The translations under genes were made by a program, and so were the position numbers. A DNA stretch of 64,000 nt from an uncultured Enterovirga sp. (lineage in GTDB: Bacteria > Pseudomonadota > Alphaproteobacteria > Rhizobiales > Beijerinckiaceae): contig NZ_CAXTAZ010000011.1 in the NCBI RefSeq assembly GCF_964242715.1, positions 24,593 through 88,592 on the forward strand, given 5' to 3'. Of the stretch, positions 53,140 to 62,498 are shown in pieces. Numbering within the stretch: position 1 is the first letter of the stretch; every line of letters starts with the position of its first letter. A model generated the notes under the pieces. That model did not search any database and was not told the DNA's origin. It saw only the letters and a program-made list of their open reading frames with translations.

Positions 53140-54738
53140 CTACTCGGCGGCCTGAAGCTGCGGCATGCCCTCTTCGGCCTTGCCGTCGGTATAGGTCGAC
53201 CCGGTCCGGTTCTGGCCCGGAGCCGGCTTGCCCGGCAGCGGAGGCAGCGCCTTTGCCTTCGCGAGGTCGATCCCGGCGCCTTCGGCGACGCGGCGGCCGT
53301 AATCCTCGTCGCAATGGGAGAAGTGATAGACCATGCGGAGCTGGATCGGCTCCGGGCAGGCCTTCATGTCGCCGACGAGGTTGGCGATCAGGTCGTCGCG
53401 CTCCCAATCTTGGAAGGAACGGTAGCGAACGCCCGCCTGGGTGTAGTCGTCCTGCACGCGAGTCGGCTGGTAGCGGCCGAGATGGCCCTCGACCAGCTGG
53501 TGATACTCCTTCGCCGGCTTCGGCGCCTCGAGCAGGCCCTGGTTGAGCGTGGAGGGCTCGTAGTTGATGTGCTTGTTCGCGCCGGTGCCGTCGACCGCAT
53601 AGGTCATCTGGCCGTCGCGCTGGTTCGAATAGACCTTTACGCCGGGCTGCGGCGCGTTGATCGGCAGTTGAAGGTAGTTGGCGCCGACGCGGTAGCGCTG
53701 CGTGTCCGAATAGGACAGCGTCCGGCCCTGCAGCATCTTGTCGTCCGAAAAGTCGATCCCGTCGACGAGCACGCCCGTGCCGAAGGCCGATTGCTCGACC
53801 TCGGCGAAGAAGTTGTCCGGTACCCGGTCCAGCACCATCCTGCCGCACGGCAGGAGCGGAAACTGGTCGACGGGCCACAGCTTCGTGTCGTCGAGCGGAT
53901 CGAAGGTGAGGTGCTCGTTCGGGCCGTCCGGCATGATCTGGACGCAGAATTCCCATTCCGGGAAGTTGCCGGCCGAGATATTGTCGTAGAGGTCGCGCGT
54001 TGCGTGGCCAACGTCACGACCCTGGATCTCGGCTGCCTGGGCCGAGGTCAGGTTACGGACGCCCTGCTTCGGCTCCCAATGGAACTTGCAGAGGACCGCC
54101 TCGCCCTGGTCGTTGACGAGCTTGTAGGTGTTGACGCCCGAGCCCTCCATCTCACGGTAATTGGCCGGGATGCCCCAGGGCGACTTCAAATGCGTCACCA
54201 TGTGGAGCGACTCGGGGTGGCTCGCGATGAAGTCGAAGAATCGCCAGGCTTCCTGGCGGTTCGTCACCGGGTCCGGCTTGAAGGCATGGATCATGTCCGG
54301 GAACTTGATCGCGTCCCGGATGAAGAACACCTTGAGGTTGTTGCCGACGAGGTCCCAATTGCCGTCCACCGTCTTGAACTTGACGGCGAAGCCGCGCGGG
54401 TCGCGCTCGGTTTCCGGGCTCTCCTTTGCGCCGGCCACCGTGGAGAAGCGCACGAACATCGGCGTCTTGACGCCGGTCTCGTTCAGGACGCGGGCACGGG
54501 TGTATTTCGAGGCCGGCTCGTCGCCGATGGTGCCATAGGCCTCGAAATAGCCATGCGCGCCGGCGCCGCGGGCATGAACCACGCGCTCCGGAATGCGCTC
54601 ACGATCGAAATGGGTGATCTTCTCGATGAACTGGTAATTCTCGAGCGTCGCCGGGCCGCGCTCGCCGACCGTTCGCATGGACTGGTTGTCGCGAACGGGA
54701 TGACCCTGTCGGGTCGTGAGAATGCGGTCGTCGGCCAT
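53140..54738 (-). CDS. katA: Monofunctional heme catalase
   Basis: [53 protein letters not shown]. Confidence 0.95.
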   Translation of the reverse strand: MADDRILTTRQGHPVRDNQSMRTVGERGPATLENYQFIEKITHFDRERIPERVVHARGAGAHGYFEAYGTIGDEPASKYTRARVLNETGVKTPMFVRFSTVAGAKESPETERDPRGFAVKFKTVDGNWDLVGNNLKVFFIRDAIKFPDMIHAFKPDPVTNRQEAWRFFDFIASHPESLHMVTHLKSPWGIPANYREMEGSGVNTYKLVNDQGEAVLCKFHWEPKQGVRNLTSAQAAEIQGRDVGHATRDLYDNISAGNFPEWEFCVQIMPDGPNEHLTFDPLDDTKLWPVDQFPLLPCGRMVLDRVPDNFFAEVEQSAFGTGVLVDGIDFSDDKMLQGRTLSYSDTQRYRVGANYLQLPINAPQPGVKVYSNQRDGQMTYAVDGTGANKHINYEPSTLNQGLLEAPKPAKEYHQLVEGHLGRYQPTRVQDDYTQAGVRYRSFQDWERDDLIANLVGDMKACPEPIQLRMVYHFSHCDEDYGRRVAEGAGIDLAKAKALPPLPGKPAPGQNRTGSTYTDGKAEEGMPQLQAAE

Positions 54739-54843
54739 CGGGAGGCTCCTGCCTGCGTTTTTTTGGTCGACGCGCGCCGAAGGGCCAATGCGAATACGAC
54801 CAATCCGGAACAGCCTGGACCAGCCGGACGATCAATGCCAATG

Positions 54844-54867
54844 CCTATACACGAAGGAAGCCATAGG
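54844..54867. promoter_or_regulatory. Inverted repeat in the katA-oxyR divergent region (possible LysR/OxyR site)
   Basis: CCTAT-N14-ATAGG lies just upstream of the oxyR start. The spacing does not match the textbook ATAG-N7-CTAT pattern, so this is tentative. Confidence 0.25.
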
Positions 54868-54875
54868 CGTGGGTT

Positions 54876-55835
54876 ATGAATACGGCCGGGCTGTCGCTGC
54901 GCGACCTCGAATATGTCGTCGCCATCGAGGAAGAGCGTCACTTCGGGCGCGCTGCCACCCGCTGCAACGTCAGCCAGCCGGCTCTCTCGGCGCAGATCCG
55001 GAAGCTGGAAGGCTCGCTTGGCCTTGCCCTCTTCGAACGGACGAGCCGGCGCGTGCTGGCGACCGCCGGGGGCGAGGCGGTCGCACGGCAGGCCCGGCGC
55101 GTTCTGGCCGAGGCGCATCGGCTCCTCGAGATCGCGCGGGCAGGGCAGGGCAGCGGCTTCGCCGGTCGCCTCGCCCTGGCCGCGATCCAGACGCTCGGCC
55201 CCTATCTGTTTCCGCTCGTGCTCCGGCGATTGCGGGCCACCTTCCCGGATCTCGCCTTGAACCTGAGCGAAGGCCGAACCGCCGAACTCCTCGAGAGCCT
55301 GCGCGAGGGTCGGCTCGACGCCGCGCTCCTGTCCTTGCCGATCGAGGCGGGAGGGCTCGCGGTCGCTCCCCTCTTCCTCGAACCCTTCTGGCTCGCCTGC
55401 CCGGCCGACCATGCGCTCGCCCGGGCGGACCGCCTTGAGCCGGCACAACTCGCCGGACCAGGCCTCCTCCTCCTCGACGAAGGCAATTGCCTGCGCGACC
55501 AAGCCCTCGCAGCCTGCGGTGCGGCGCAGGCCGGCCGGCACGCGACAAGCCTCGAGACGCTTCGGTCCATGGTGGCGGCGGGCGCTGGCTACACGTTGCT
55601 GCCTCGCTTGGCTGCTCGCGACGGCGCCGATCCGTCCGGCCTCCTCGTCTGCCGCCCTTTCCCGGAGCGGGAGCCGGGCCGCGTCGTGGCGCTGGTCTGG
55701 CGCGCCTCCGACCCGCGCCAGGAGGGTTTTGGCGCGCTCGCCGCCTTCTTTCGCCGGGAGACGCCGGAGGGAACGCAGGCGCTCGACCAGGATGGCAGGC
55801 CGTCCGCTGAGGCCACGACCTCGCGGACGGCATGA
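54876..55835 (+). CDS. oxyR: LysR-family hydrogen-peroxide-sensing regulator OxyR
   Basis: LRDLEYVVAIEEERHFGRAATRCNVSQPALSAQIRKLE. Redox cysteines are in LLLLDEGNCLRDQALAAC. The gene is divergent from the catalase. Confidence 0.9.
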   Translation: MNTAGLSLRDLEYVVAIEEERHFGRAATRCNVSQPALSAQIRKLEGSLGLALFERTSRRVLATAGGEAVARQARRVLAEAHRLLEIARAGQGSGFAGRLALAAIQTLGPYLFPLVLRRLRATFPDLALNLSEGRTAELLESLREGRLDAALLSLPIEAGGLAVAPLFLEPFWLACPADHALARADRLEPAQLAGPGLLLLDEGNCLRDQALAACGAAQAGRHATSLETLRSMVAAGAGYTLLPRLAARDGADPSGLLVCRPFPEREPGRVVALVWRASDPRQEGFGALAAFFRRETPEGTQALDQDGRPSAEATTSRTA

Positions 55836-55874
55836 TGTAAGCCGGCATGTAGGCCCGGACGGCCGGACAGGGAG

Positions 55875-56543
55875 GTGACGATGGCGAAGCGGAAAACGGC
55901 TGCCCAGGCCCAAGACGCTGGCCCTGCCGGGGCAGCAAAGCCGAAGAAGCCCGACATCGGCCTGAAGCCTGCGCCGCAGCTGGATCGTGAGGCGACGGCG
56001 CTCGGTCTGCCGCCCGGCGAGTTGTCGCCGGAGATGGCGGCCTATCTTGCGAAATGCGACGAGAAAATCGGTTTCGTGCCGAACGTGCTCACGGCCTACG
56101 CTCACGACACCGCCAAGCTCGGCGCCTTCGCCGCGATGTATAACGACCTCATGCTGGCGCCGTCCGGCCTGTCCAAACTCGAGCGCGAGATGATCGCGGT
56201 CGCGGTCTCCAGCCAGAACCGCTGCTACTATTGCCTTGTCGCCCACGGCGCCGCTGTCCGGCAGCTCTCGGACGATCCCTTGCTCGGCGAGTTGATGGCG
56301 ATGAACTACCGCGCGGCCCGGCTCGAACCCCGGCACCGTGCGATGCTCGACTTTGCCGTGAAGCTCACGAACCAGCCCTGGACGATCGAGGAGGAGGATC
56401 GCGCCGCGCTGCGGGCGGCCGGCTTTACGGACCGCGACATCTGGGACGTCAGTGCCGTCGCATCGTTCTTCAACATGACCAACCGGATGGCCTCGGCCGT
56501 CGACATGCGGCCGAACCCGGAATACCACGCCCAGGCCCGCTGA
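55875..56543 (+). CDS. AhpD-like / carboxymuconolactone decarboxylase family peroxidase-related protein
   Basis: EREMIAVAVSSQNRCYYCLVAHG (CxxC..H motif). Basic, Ala/Lys-rich N-terminal extension. Confidence 0.85.
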   Translation: MTMAKRKTAAQAQDAGPAGAAKPKKPDIGLKPAPQLDREATALGLPPGELSPEMAAYLAKCDEKIGFVPNVLTAYAHDTAKLGAFAAMYNDLMLAPSGLSKLEREMIAVAVSSQNRCYYCLVAHGAAVRQLSDDPLLGELMAMNYRAARLEPRHRAMLDFAVKLTNQPWTIEEEDRAALRAAGFTDRDIWDVSAVASFFNMTNRMASAVDMRPNPEYHAQAR

Positions 56544-56622
56544 CCTCCGCAGGAACTTTGTAGTTTCGCCGGCTATTACAGCCCTGATAGGGGTTTCTCG
56601 ACCCCTTCAGGATATTCCTTCC

Positions 56623-57645
56623 ATGTTGTCCAGGCTCCTAGCAGCCGGCGCACTCGCCGCCGCTTCGCTCCTCCCGTCTGCCCCGGCCTCGGCGCAGGTC
56701 GCCATGCGGGTCGGCGTGATCCCGATCGTGGGTGCGGCGCCGATCTTCGTCGCGAACGGGGCCGGCTGGCTCAAGGCGGCGGGAATCGACACGCGGGTCA
56801 CGACATTCGAATCCGGTCCGAACATGATCCAGGCCCTCGCCTCGGGCACGATCGACGTCTACGTGGCCGGGGTGATGCCGCTCGCGGTCGCGCGATCGAA
56901 GGGCATCGAATCGAAGGTCCTCACCGCGACGGCGATCGAGGAAATGGTCTTCGTCGCCGGCCCGAAGCTCGCGGCCTATTTCACCGACGGAGTCTCGGCC
57001 GCGGATGCCCTCAAAGCGTTCCGGGCGAAGGAGGGCAAGGCGGCCAAGCTGGCTGCCCAACCGCCGGGCTCGGTGCCGAACACGACCCTCCAACACTGGC
57101 TCTACGCCGTGTCGAAGGCCGACAAGGGCGATACCGAGATCATCTCGATGGGGATCGATGCGACCCAGCAGGCGGTGCTGGTCGGCGCGGTCGACGGCGC
57201 GGCGATCCGGGAGCCCGCGCTCACGATCGTGCAAGGCCGCAATCCCAACATCAAGCTGGTCGCGACGGGAGGCCAGATGTTCCCGTCCCAGCCCGGCACG
57301 GTGGTGGCCGTGACGCCCGCCTTCCTGGCCGCGCAGCCGGCCGCCGTGCAGTCGTTGGTCGACGGCCTCGTCCGGGCCGACGCGCTGCTCAAGGAGAAGC
57401 CGGCCGAGGCCGCGCCCTTCGTCGAGGCGGCGCTCGGCAAGGGCATCGTCGACGCGGCGACCATCACCAAGGCCCTGACCTCGCCCGCCTCCCGCTTCGT
57501 CGCCGACCCTCGCGTGATCATCGAGGCGACGGCGAAGATGCAGGCCTACCAGGTTTCGATCGGCACCCTCGACAAGGAAGCGCCGCTCGAGGGCCTGTTC
57601 GAGCCGCGGTTCTACGAGCAGGCGGTTCGGGCGGCGAAGAAGTGA
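56623..57645 (+). CDS. NitT/TauT-family ABC transporter substrate-binding protein (NMT1/SsuA-like)
   Basis: Signal peptide MLSRLLAAGALAAASLLPSAPASA. VGVIPIVGAAPIFVANGAGWLKAAGID..ESGPNMIQALASGTIDV. Confidence 0.85.
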   Translation: MLSRLLAAGALAAASLLPSAPASAQVAMRVGVIPIVGAAPIFVANGAGWLKAAGIDTRVTTFESGPNMIQALASGTIDVYVAGVMPLAVARSKGIESKVLTATAIEEMVFVAGPKLAAYFTDGVSAADALKAFRAKEGKAAKLAAQPPGSVPNTTLQHWLYAVSKADKGDTEIISMGIDATQQAVLVGAVDGAAIREPALTIVQGRNPNIKLVATGGQMFPSQPGTVVAVTPAFLAAQPAAVQSLVDGLVRADALLKEKPAEAAPFVEAALGKGIVDAATITKALTSPASRFVADPRVIIEATAKMQAYQVSIGTLDKEAPLEGLFEPRFYEQAVRAAKK

Positions 57646-57668
57646 GCTTTGGCTTCTGCCCAACCGTT

Positions 57669-57793
57669 GTTCCACACAGAGCGTCATGCTGAGGAGTGCC
57701 GCGAAGCGGCGCGTCTCGAAGCACGCACAACGGCCAAGCGTGCTTCGAGACGCAGGCTGCGCCTGCTCCTCAGCATGACGCCGGAGGTGGAAC
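57669..57793. repeat. Nested REP-like palindromic element of about 125 bp
   Basis: Three nested arm pairs. GTTCCAC (57669-57675) pairs with GTGGAAC (57787-57793). GTCATGCTGAGGAG (57683-57696) pairs with CTCCTCAGCATGAC (57766-57779). GCGTCTCGAAGCACGC (57711-57726) pairs with GCGTGCTTCGAGACGC (57738-57753). Confidence 0.65.
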
Positions 57794-57818
57794 ACTTTTC
57801 GCTGTGGCGGGTCCTGTC

Positions 57819-58571
57819 GTGACCCGTCTCACCCGCACCGCCCTCGCGGCGCTCGGGCTCGCGCTGTTCCTCGCGGTTTGGGAGGCGCTGCCCCGGCTCG
57901 GCCTCCTGAACGCGACCCTGGTGCCGCCGCCATCCGCCATCCCTGCCGCATTCGCGAGCGAGGTTCGCTCCGGCATTTGGATCGCCGCCGTCCTGTCCAG
58001 CCTGTCGCATTACACGACCGGTCTCGTGGTGGGCGCCGGCTTGGGCGTGGCGCTCGGGATCGCGAGCGGCATGTTCCGCCTCGTCGAGGACCTGACCGCC
58101 TGGATCGTCCGCCTGATCCGCCCCATCCCGGGTCTTGCCTGGGTACCCTTCGCGATCATCTGGTTCGGGGTCGAGCCCTCGGCCGCCGTCTTCATCATCG
58201 CGATCGGAGTGTTCTGGATCGTGTTCTTCGCCACCCAGGGCGCGATCCGGGGCGTCGACCGCGACCTCGTCGAGGTGGCCCAGGCCTTCGGCTTCCGGTC
58301 GGCGGGCGCGCGGCTGGTCAAGGTGCTGCTGCCATCCGCGACGCCCGGGATCATGGTCGGGCTCCGGACCGCCCTCGGCCAGGCTTGGATGGCGGTGGTC
58401 GCGGCCGAAATATTCGGCGTGCCGGGTGTCGGTCAGCGCATGATGCAGGCGTCCAGCCTCCTCGCGACCGACATCGTGCTCGTCTACATGCTCACCATGG
58501 CCGGCCTCTACGGCCTTATCGACACCGCCTTCGTGGCGGCTCAATCCTGGCTGCTCCGATGGCGAGCGTGA
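57819..58571 (+). CDS. NitT/TauT-family ABC transporter permease
   Basis: The 57696..58571 ORF trimmed past the palindrome to GTG 57819 (GTG 57804 is also possible). PIPGLAWVPFAIIWFG and the EAA-like loop DLVEVAQAFGFRSAGARLVKVLLPSATPGI. Confidence 0.85.
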   Translation: MTRLTRTALAALGLALFLAVWEALPRLGLLNATLVPPPSAIPAAFASEVRSGIWIAAVLSSLSHYTTGLVVGAGLGVALGIASGMFRLVEDLTAWIVRLIRPIPGLAWVPFAIIWFGVEPSAAVFIIAIGVFWIVFFATQGAIRGVDRDLVEVAQAFGFRSAGARLVKVLLPSATPGIMVGLRTALGQAWMAVVAAEIFGVPGVGQRMMQASSLLATDIVLVYMLTMAGLYGLIDTAFVAAQSWLLRWRA

Positions 58572-59326
58572 TCGACATCCGCGGCCTCGCGCTCACCTAC
58601 GAGCGCGACGGCCGCCGGACCGAAGTGCTGCGCGGCCTCGATCTTTCGATCGAGCCGGGCGAGTTCGTGGCGATCGTCGGCGAATCCGGCGTCGGCAAGT
58701 CGACCTTGCTCCGGGTGCTGATCGGCCTCGCCGAGCCCAGCGCAGGCACGGTCACGGTCCGGCCCTCGCCCGGGCGCGAAGCGGGCCGCCTGCCGCCGAT
58801 GGCGCTCGTCTTCCAGGATTCGCGGCTCCTGCCCTGGCGTCGGGTGATCGCGAATGTCGGTTTCGGGCTCGAATGGCACGGCGTCGCGGCGGCCGAGCGA
58901 AAGCGGCGTGCCCAGGCCATGCTCGACCTCGTCCGGCTCGGCGACCTCGCCGGGCGCTGGCCGCACCAGCTCTCGGGTGGGCAGCGCCAACGCGTGTCGC
59001 TCGCCCGGGCCCTCGCGGTCGAGCCGGACGTGCTCCTGATGGACGAGCCCTTCTCGGCGCTGGACAGCATGACCCGCGAGGGCCTGCAGGACGAACTCCT
59101 GCGCATCCGGCGCGAGACCGGGCGCACGATCCTGTTCGTGACCCATGACATCGATGAAGCCGTCTACCTCACCGACAGGGTCATCGTCCTCACGGGCCGG
59201 CCTGCCGGGATCGGGGCTGACGTCCGGGTCGGCATCCCGCAACCGCGACGGCGACGCGACCCGGCCCTCGCCGAGATCGGCCGGGCCCTCCGGGCCGAAC
59301 TCTCCCAGCTCTCGTCGGAACTCTGA
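58559..59326 (+). CDS. NitT/TauT-family ABC transporter ATP-binding protein
   Basis: ATG 58559 overlaps the permease 3' end by 13 nt. GESGVGKSTLL, LSGGQRQRVSLARAL, LLMDEPFSALD. Confidence 0.9.
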   Translation: MASVIDIRGLALTYERDGRRTEVLRGLDLSIEPGEFVAIVGESGVGKSTLLRVLIGLAEPSAGTVTVRPSPGREAGRLPPMALVFQDSRLLPWRRVIANVGFGLEWHGVAAAERKRRAQAMLDLVRLGDLAGRWPHQLSGGQRQRVSLARALAVEPDVLLMDEPFSALDSMTREGLQDELLRIRRETGRTILFVTHDIDEAVYLTDRVIVLTGRPAGIGADVRVGIPQPRRRRDPALAEIGRALRAELSQLSSEL

Positions 59327-59328
59327 CG

Positions 59329-59616
59329 TTATTGCGCCGCCCGGCGCGAGCCGTCGAGGATCGCTTGCGGCTCGAAGGTCGCGCCGGCCTCGCCGGTCCT
59401 GTTCCCGCAATGACGGCAGATGTGACGGAAGAGGAACTCGCTTTCGCGGGTGCGGCGCTCCAGCTTCTGCTCAAGCGTCTCAGGTGCAGGCGCGAAGCCT
59501 TGCGGGTTGACCGTGACGGCGAGCGGCCCGGACGTGGTCTGGGCCAACGCCGCGCCGGCCGTCAGGGCGAGTGCGCAGGCAGCGATCAGCCACGCCGCCA
59601 GCGTCGTGTGTTTCAG
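59329..59616 (-). CDS. Hypothetical secreted protein (about 95 aa) with no canonical start codon; a CTG start is proposed
   Basis: (L/M)KHTTLAAWLIAACALALTAGAALA-QTTSG... is a clear signal peptide. No in-frame ATG, GTG or TTG lies nearby. CTG 59616-59614 overlaps the TGA of the upstream small ORF. Confidence 0.35.
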   Translation of the reverse strand: MKHTTLAAWLIAACALALTAGAALAQTTSGPLAVTVNPQGFAPAPETLEQKLERRTRESEFLFRHICRHCGNRTGEAGATFEPQAILDGSRRAAQ

Positions 59617-59825
59617 GCCCGGTTCCGCAGCTGGTCCGGCTCGGAGCCGCTTCGCTCTTCCGGGCGAGCGCCGTAGACCTGCACGGCGCGGCTGGAGAGC
59701 GATCCCGCACCGGTCTCGCCCATCGCCGAGGAGGCTGCCGCGAAGGGCATCACCTGACGGGCGAGATCGCCGAAAGCCCGGGCGAGCCGGATCCGGCTTG
59801 TCCGTTGATCGGTCGTGCTGGTCAT
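59613..59825 (-). CDS. Hypothetical small protein (70 aa)
   Basis: GGAGG lies 9 nt upstream of ATG 59825. MTSTTDQRTSRIRLARAFGDLARQVMPFAAASSAMGETGAGSL... I recognise no motif. Confidence 0.4.
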   Translation of the reverse strand: MTSTTDQRTSRIRLARAFGDLARQVMPFAAASSAMGETGAGSLSSRAVQVYGARPEERSGSEPDQLRNRA

Positions 59826-59905
59826 GACGTCCATCCTCCGACCCGCGGAGACTACGGTCCGGCGCTTGGCCCCGTCCTGACGAAGGCGTGCAGCCGCCGT
59901 TCATC

Positions 59906-61309
59906 TCAGGAACGCGGCCACGCCGGGAGTGGTTCGCGCATGGTTTCGTACGCGGCCGCGAGCGCGAGCACCCCCTCGTCGTCGAAACGGCGGCCCGCGA
60001 TCTGCAGCCCGATGGGAAGGCCGCCGGACGTCATTCCACAGGGCAAGGAGGCTGCCGGCTGTTCCGAGAAATTATAGGGCACCGTGAAGCCAATATGCTC
60101 GAAGGGCCGGGACGGGTCGTCGAGGGGAGACGCCATCTCGGCCGGAAAGGCCGCGACGGGCGCGACCGGTGAGAGGACCGCGTCGTAGCTGCCGGTGGCC
60201 GCGAGCGTGGCATCCCGGATGGCGCCGATCTGGCTGAGGCCGCGGTAGACGTCAGCCCCCGTGAGGCTGCGTCCCGGTTCGGCCCATTGCAGGATGTAGG
60301 GCAGGATGCGGGCGCGCTCCGCCTCGGAGAGGAGCACGATGTCGGCCCAGGCGCGCTGGCGCCAGAAGGCGTCGAGCCCGTCCAGCATGGCCCGCGTCAT
60401 GAACGGCCGGACCGGTTCGACGATCGCGCCGGCGGTCTCGAAGAGCCGAGCTGCCGAGACCACGGCCTGGTCGATCTCGGGATCGACGGCCATACCGATG
60501 CCGGGATCGCGCCAGAGGCCGATCCGTATCCCCTTGAGGTCGCGGTCCAGCCGATCGAAGCGGAGGTCGGCCGGCGGCAGGCTCATGCCGTCCCGCGCAT
60601 CGGAGCGGGACAGCTCACGCATCATCAAGGCCGAATCCGCGACCGTGCGGGTCATCGGTCCGGCCACTCGCCCCCAATAGGGCGGGTCGACCGGCACGCG
60701 GCCGAAGCTCGGCTTGAGCGCCACGATCCCGCACCAGCCGGCCGGCAGCCGCACCGAGCCGCCGATGTCGGTGCCGAGATGAAGAGGGCCGTAACCGGCC
60801 GCCGCCGCTGCCCCCGCTCCGGCGGACGACCCGCCGGGCGTCTTCGAGAGGTCCCACGGATTGCGGGTCAGGGGATGGAAGCTCGACAGCCCCGAGGACA
60901 GCATGCCGTAATCCGGCATGGTGGTCTTGGCGAAGATGACGGCCCCCGCCTCGCGGAGGCGTGCCGCCGGCGGCGCGTCGGTGGCGGCGGCGGCGAGTTC
61001 GCGGGCTGCGGTGCCGAGGGGCATCTTCGCGCCCTTCGTCGCGATATTCTCCTTGATCGAGACCGGCACGCCTTCCAGCGCCCGCGCCTCGCCCCGCATC
61101 CAGCGCGCCTCCGCATCGCGGGCGGTCCCAAGGGCTTCTTCCGGCCGGAAGTCATAAAGAGCGCAGAGTTTCGGCTCCCAGGCCTCGATCCGGCGGAACA
61201 CGGCCTGGATAACGTCGACGGGTGACGCTTCGCGCGACCGGAAGGCAGCCAGGAGGTCGACGGCGGAGAGGTCGGCGAGGTCGCCAGACGGGGATGGGGC
61301 TTCGGTCAT
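59906..61309 (-). CDS. Amidase (amidase-signature family)
   Basis: The 59906..62626 ORF trimmed to ATG 61309. VPVSIKENIATKG, GGSSAGAGAAAAAGYGPLHLGTDIGGSVRLPA. Confidence 0.9.
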   Translation of the reverse strand: MTEAPSPSGDLADLSAVDLLAAFRSREASPVDVIQAVFRRIEAWEPKLCALYDFRPEEALGTARDAEARWMRGEARALEGVPVSIKENIATKGAKMPLGTAARELAAAATDAPPAARLREAGAVIFAKTTMPDYGMLSSGLSSFHPLTRNPWDLSKTPGGSSAGAGAAAAAGYGPLHLGTDIGGSVRLPAGWCGIVALKPSFGRVPVDPPYWGRVAGPMTRTVADSALMMRELSRSDARDGMSLPPADLRFDRLDRDLKGIRIGLWRDPGIGMAVDPEIDQAVVSAARLFETAGAIVEPVRPFMTRAMLDGLDAFWRQRAWADIVLLSEAERARILPYILQWAEPGRSLTGADVYRGLSQIGAIRDATLAATGSYDAVLSPVAPVAAFPAEMASPLDDPSRPFEHIGFTVPYNFSEQPAASLPCGMTSGGLPIGLQIAGRRFDDEGVLALAAAYETMREPLPAWPRS

Positions 61310-61341
61310 GCTTCTGGATACGCCGCCGGACCTCATTCGCG

Positions 61342-62481
61342 CTACCGCCCCGGCGAGGGCGGCGGAACGAACATACCGGGCGCGGAGGTGATGATCGTGT
61401 CCCTCGCAGCGGGCGACCGGAGCGGTTCCGATGGGTCCGGGGCACCGGCGAGGCTCGGGCCGGCGACCATCCCGGCCTCGCTCGTGTCGACCGCATCCGG
61501 CACAGGGGGAACTCGACCGCCCGCGAAACGGCCGAGCGCCGCGATGCGATCGTCGATCGCCGGATGCGTTGCGAAGAGGTCGGCGAAACCGGAGCGGGGA
61601 TTGTCGACGCAGAGTTCCATGACCCCGGAGGGAACGCCGACGAGCTCGCCTCGGCCGCGGATCTTCACGAGCGCGTTGATCATCGCATCCGGGTTCTTGG
61701 TGAGTTCGGCCGCGCCGGCATCGGCCAGGTATTCGCGCGACCGCGAGAGCGCGAACTTGATCACCTGCGAGAGCAGCCAGACGACCAGCATGATCACGAC
61801 CGCGATCAGGATAGCCGCCGCCGCCCCGCCCTTCTTCTTGCCGGAGCCACCTCCGAAGCTGATGCTCCGCGGCCCGCGGGCCATCATCTCGCCCGCGAAG
61901 GACAGGATGCCGGCGACGACGACCGCGATCATCATCGTGCGGACGTCGTCGTTTCGGATGTGGGTCAGCTCGTGCGCCAGCACCGCTTCGAGCTCCGCCT
62001 CGTCGAGCGCGGCGAGGAGGCCGGTGGTGACCGTGATCGCATATTGCTCGGGCTTGAGCCCCGTCGCGAAGGCGTTCAGCGCCTCGCTCTCCATTGCGCG
62101 GAGCCGCGGGACCGTCATGCCGCGGGCGATGCAGAGATTCTCCACGAGCTCGTAGAGCCTGGGATGGGTGTCCCGCGACGCCTCGTCGGAGCCCGTGACC
62201 CTGTCGATGAGGGCTTGGTGGACACGGTAGGCGACCGCGATCCAGATCCCGGCGCCCGCGATCGCGAGGGGGCCGAGCCATACGAGGTCGTGCCAGGCGG
62301 CCCGGACGTAGCTCCCGACGCCGTCCGGGTAGCCGGCCGGGAGCTCGCCGCTCCAGCCCCGCATGAGGAGTGCGATGCCGAAGGCCAGTACGAGCACCAG
62401 CACGAAGAGCCCGGCCAGGAGGACACGCGAGCGGACCCGGTTCGCCCGGATATGCGTGTAGAGTCCGAAGGCGGGCAGCAT
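61342..62481 (-). CDS. M48-family (HtpX-like) zinc metallopeptidase, membrane bound
   Basis: HELTHIRNDD (HExxH) and several hydrophobic helices. Lies downstream of lemA. Confidence 0.9.
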   Translation of the reverse strand: MLPAFGLYTHIRANRVRSRVLLAGLFVLVLVLAFGIALLMRGWSGELPAGYPDGVGSYVRAAWHDLVWLGPLAIAGAGIWIAVAYRVHQALIDRVTGSDEASRDTHPRLYELVENLCIARGMTVPRLRAMESEALNAFATGLKPEQYAITVTTGLLAALDEAELEAVLAHELTHIRNDDVRTMMIAVVVAGILSFAGEMMARGPRSISFGGGSGKKKGGAAAAILIAVVIMLVVWLLSQVIKFALSRSREYLADAGAAELTKNPDAMINALVKIRGRGELVGVPSGVMELCVDNPRSGFADLFATHPAIDDRIAALGRFAGGRVPPVPDAVDTSEAGMVAGPSLAGAPDPSEPLRSPAARDTIITSAPGMFVPPPSPGR

Positions 62482-62498
62482 GGCGATGCCCCGCCGGG

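Noticed and set aside
54483-56528. 681-aa minus-strand ORF across oxyR and the ahpD-like gene
   Set aside because: This is a shadow frame. The plus-strand genes have the LysR HTH and the CxxC..H motif, and the minus-frame product is Arg/Gly-rich with no recognisable domain.
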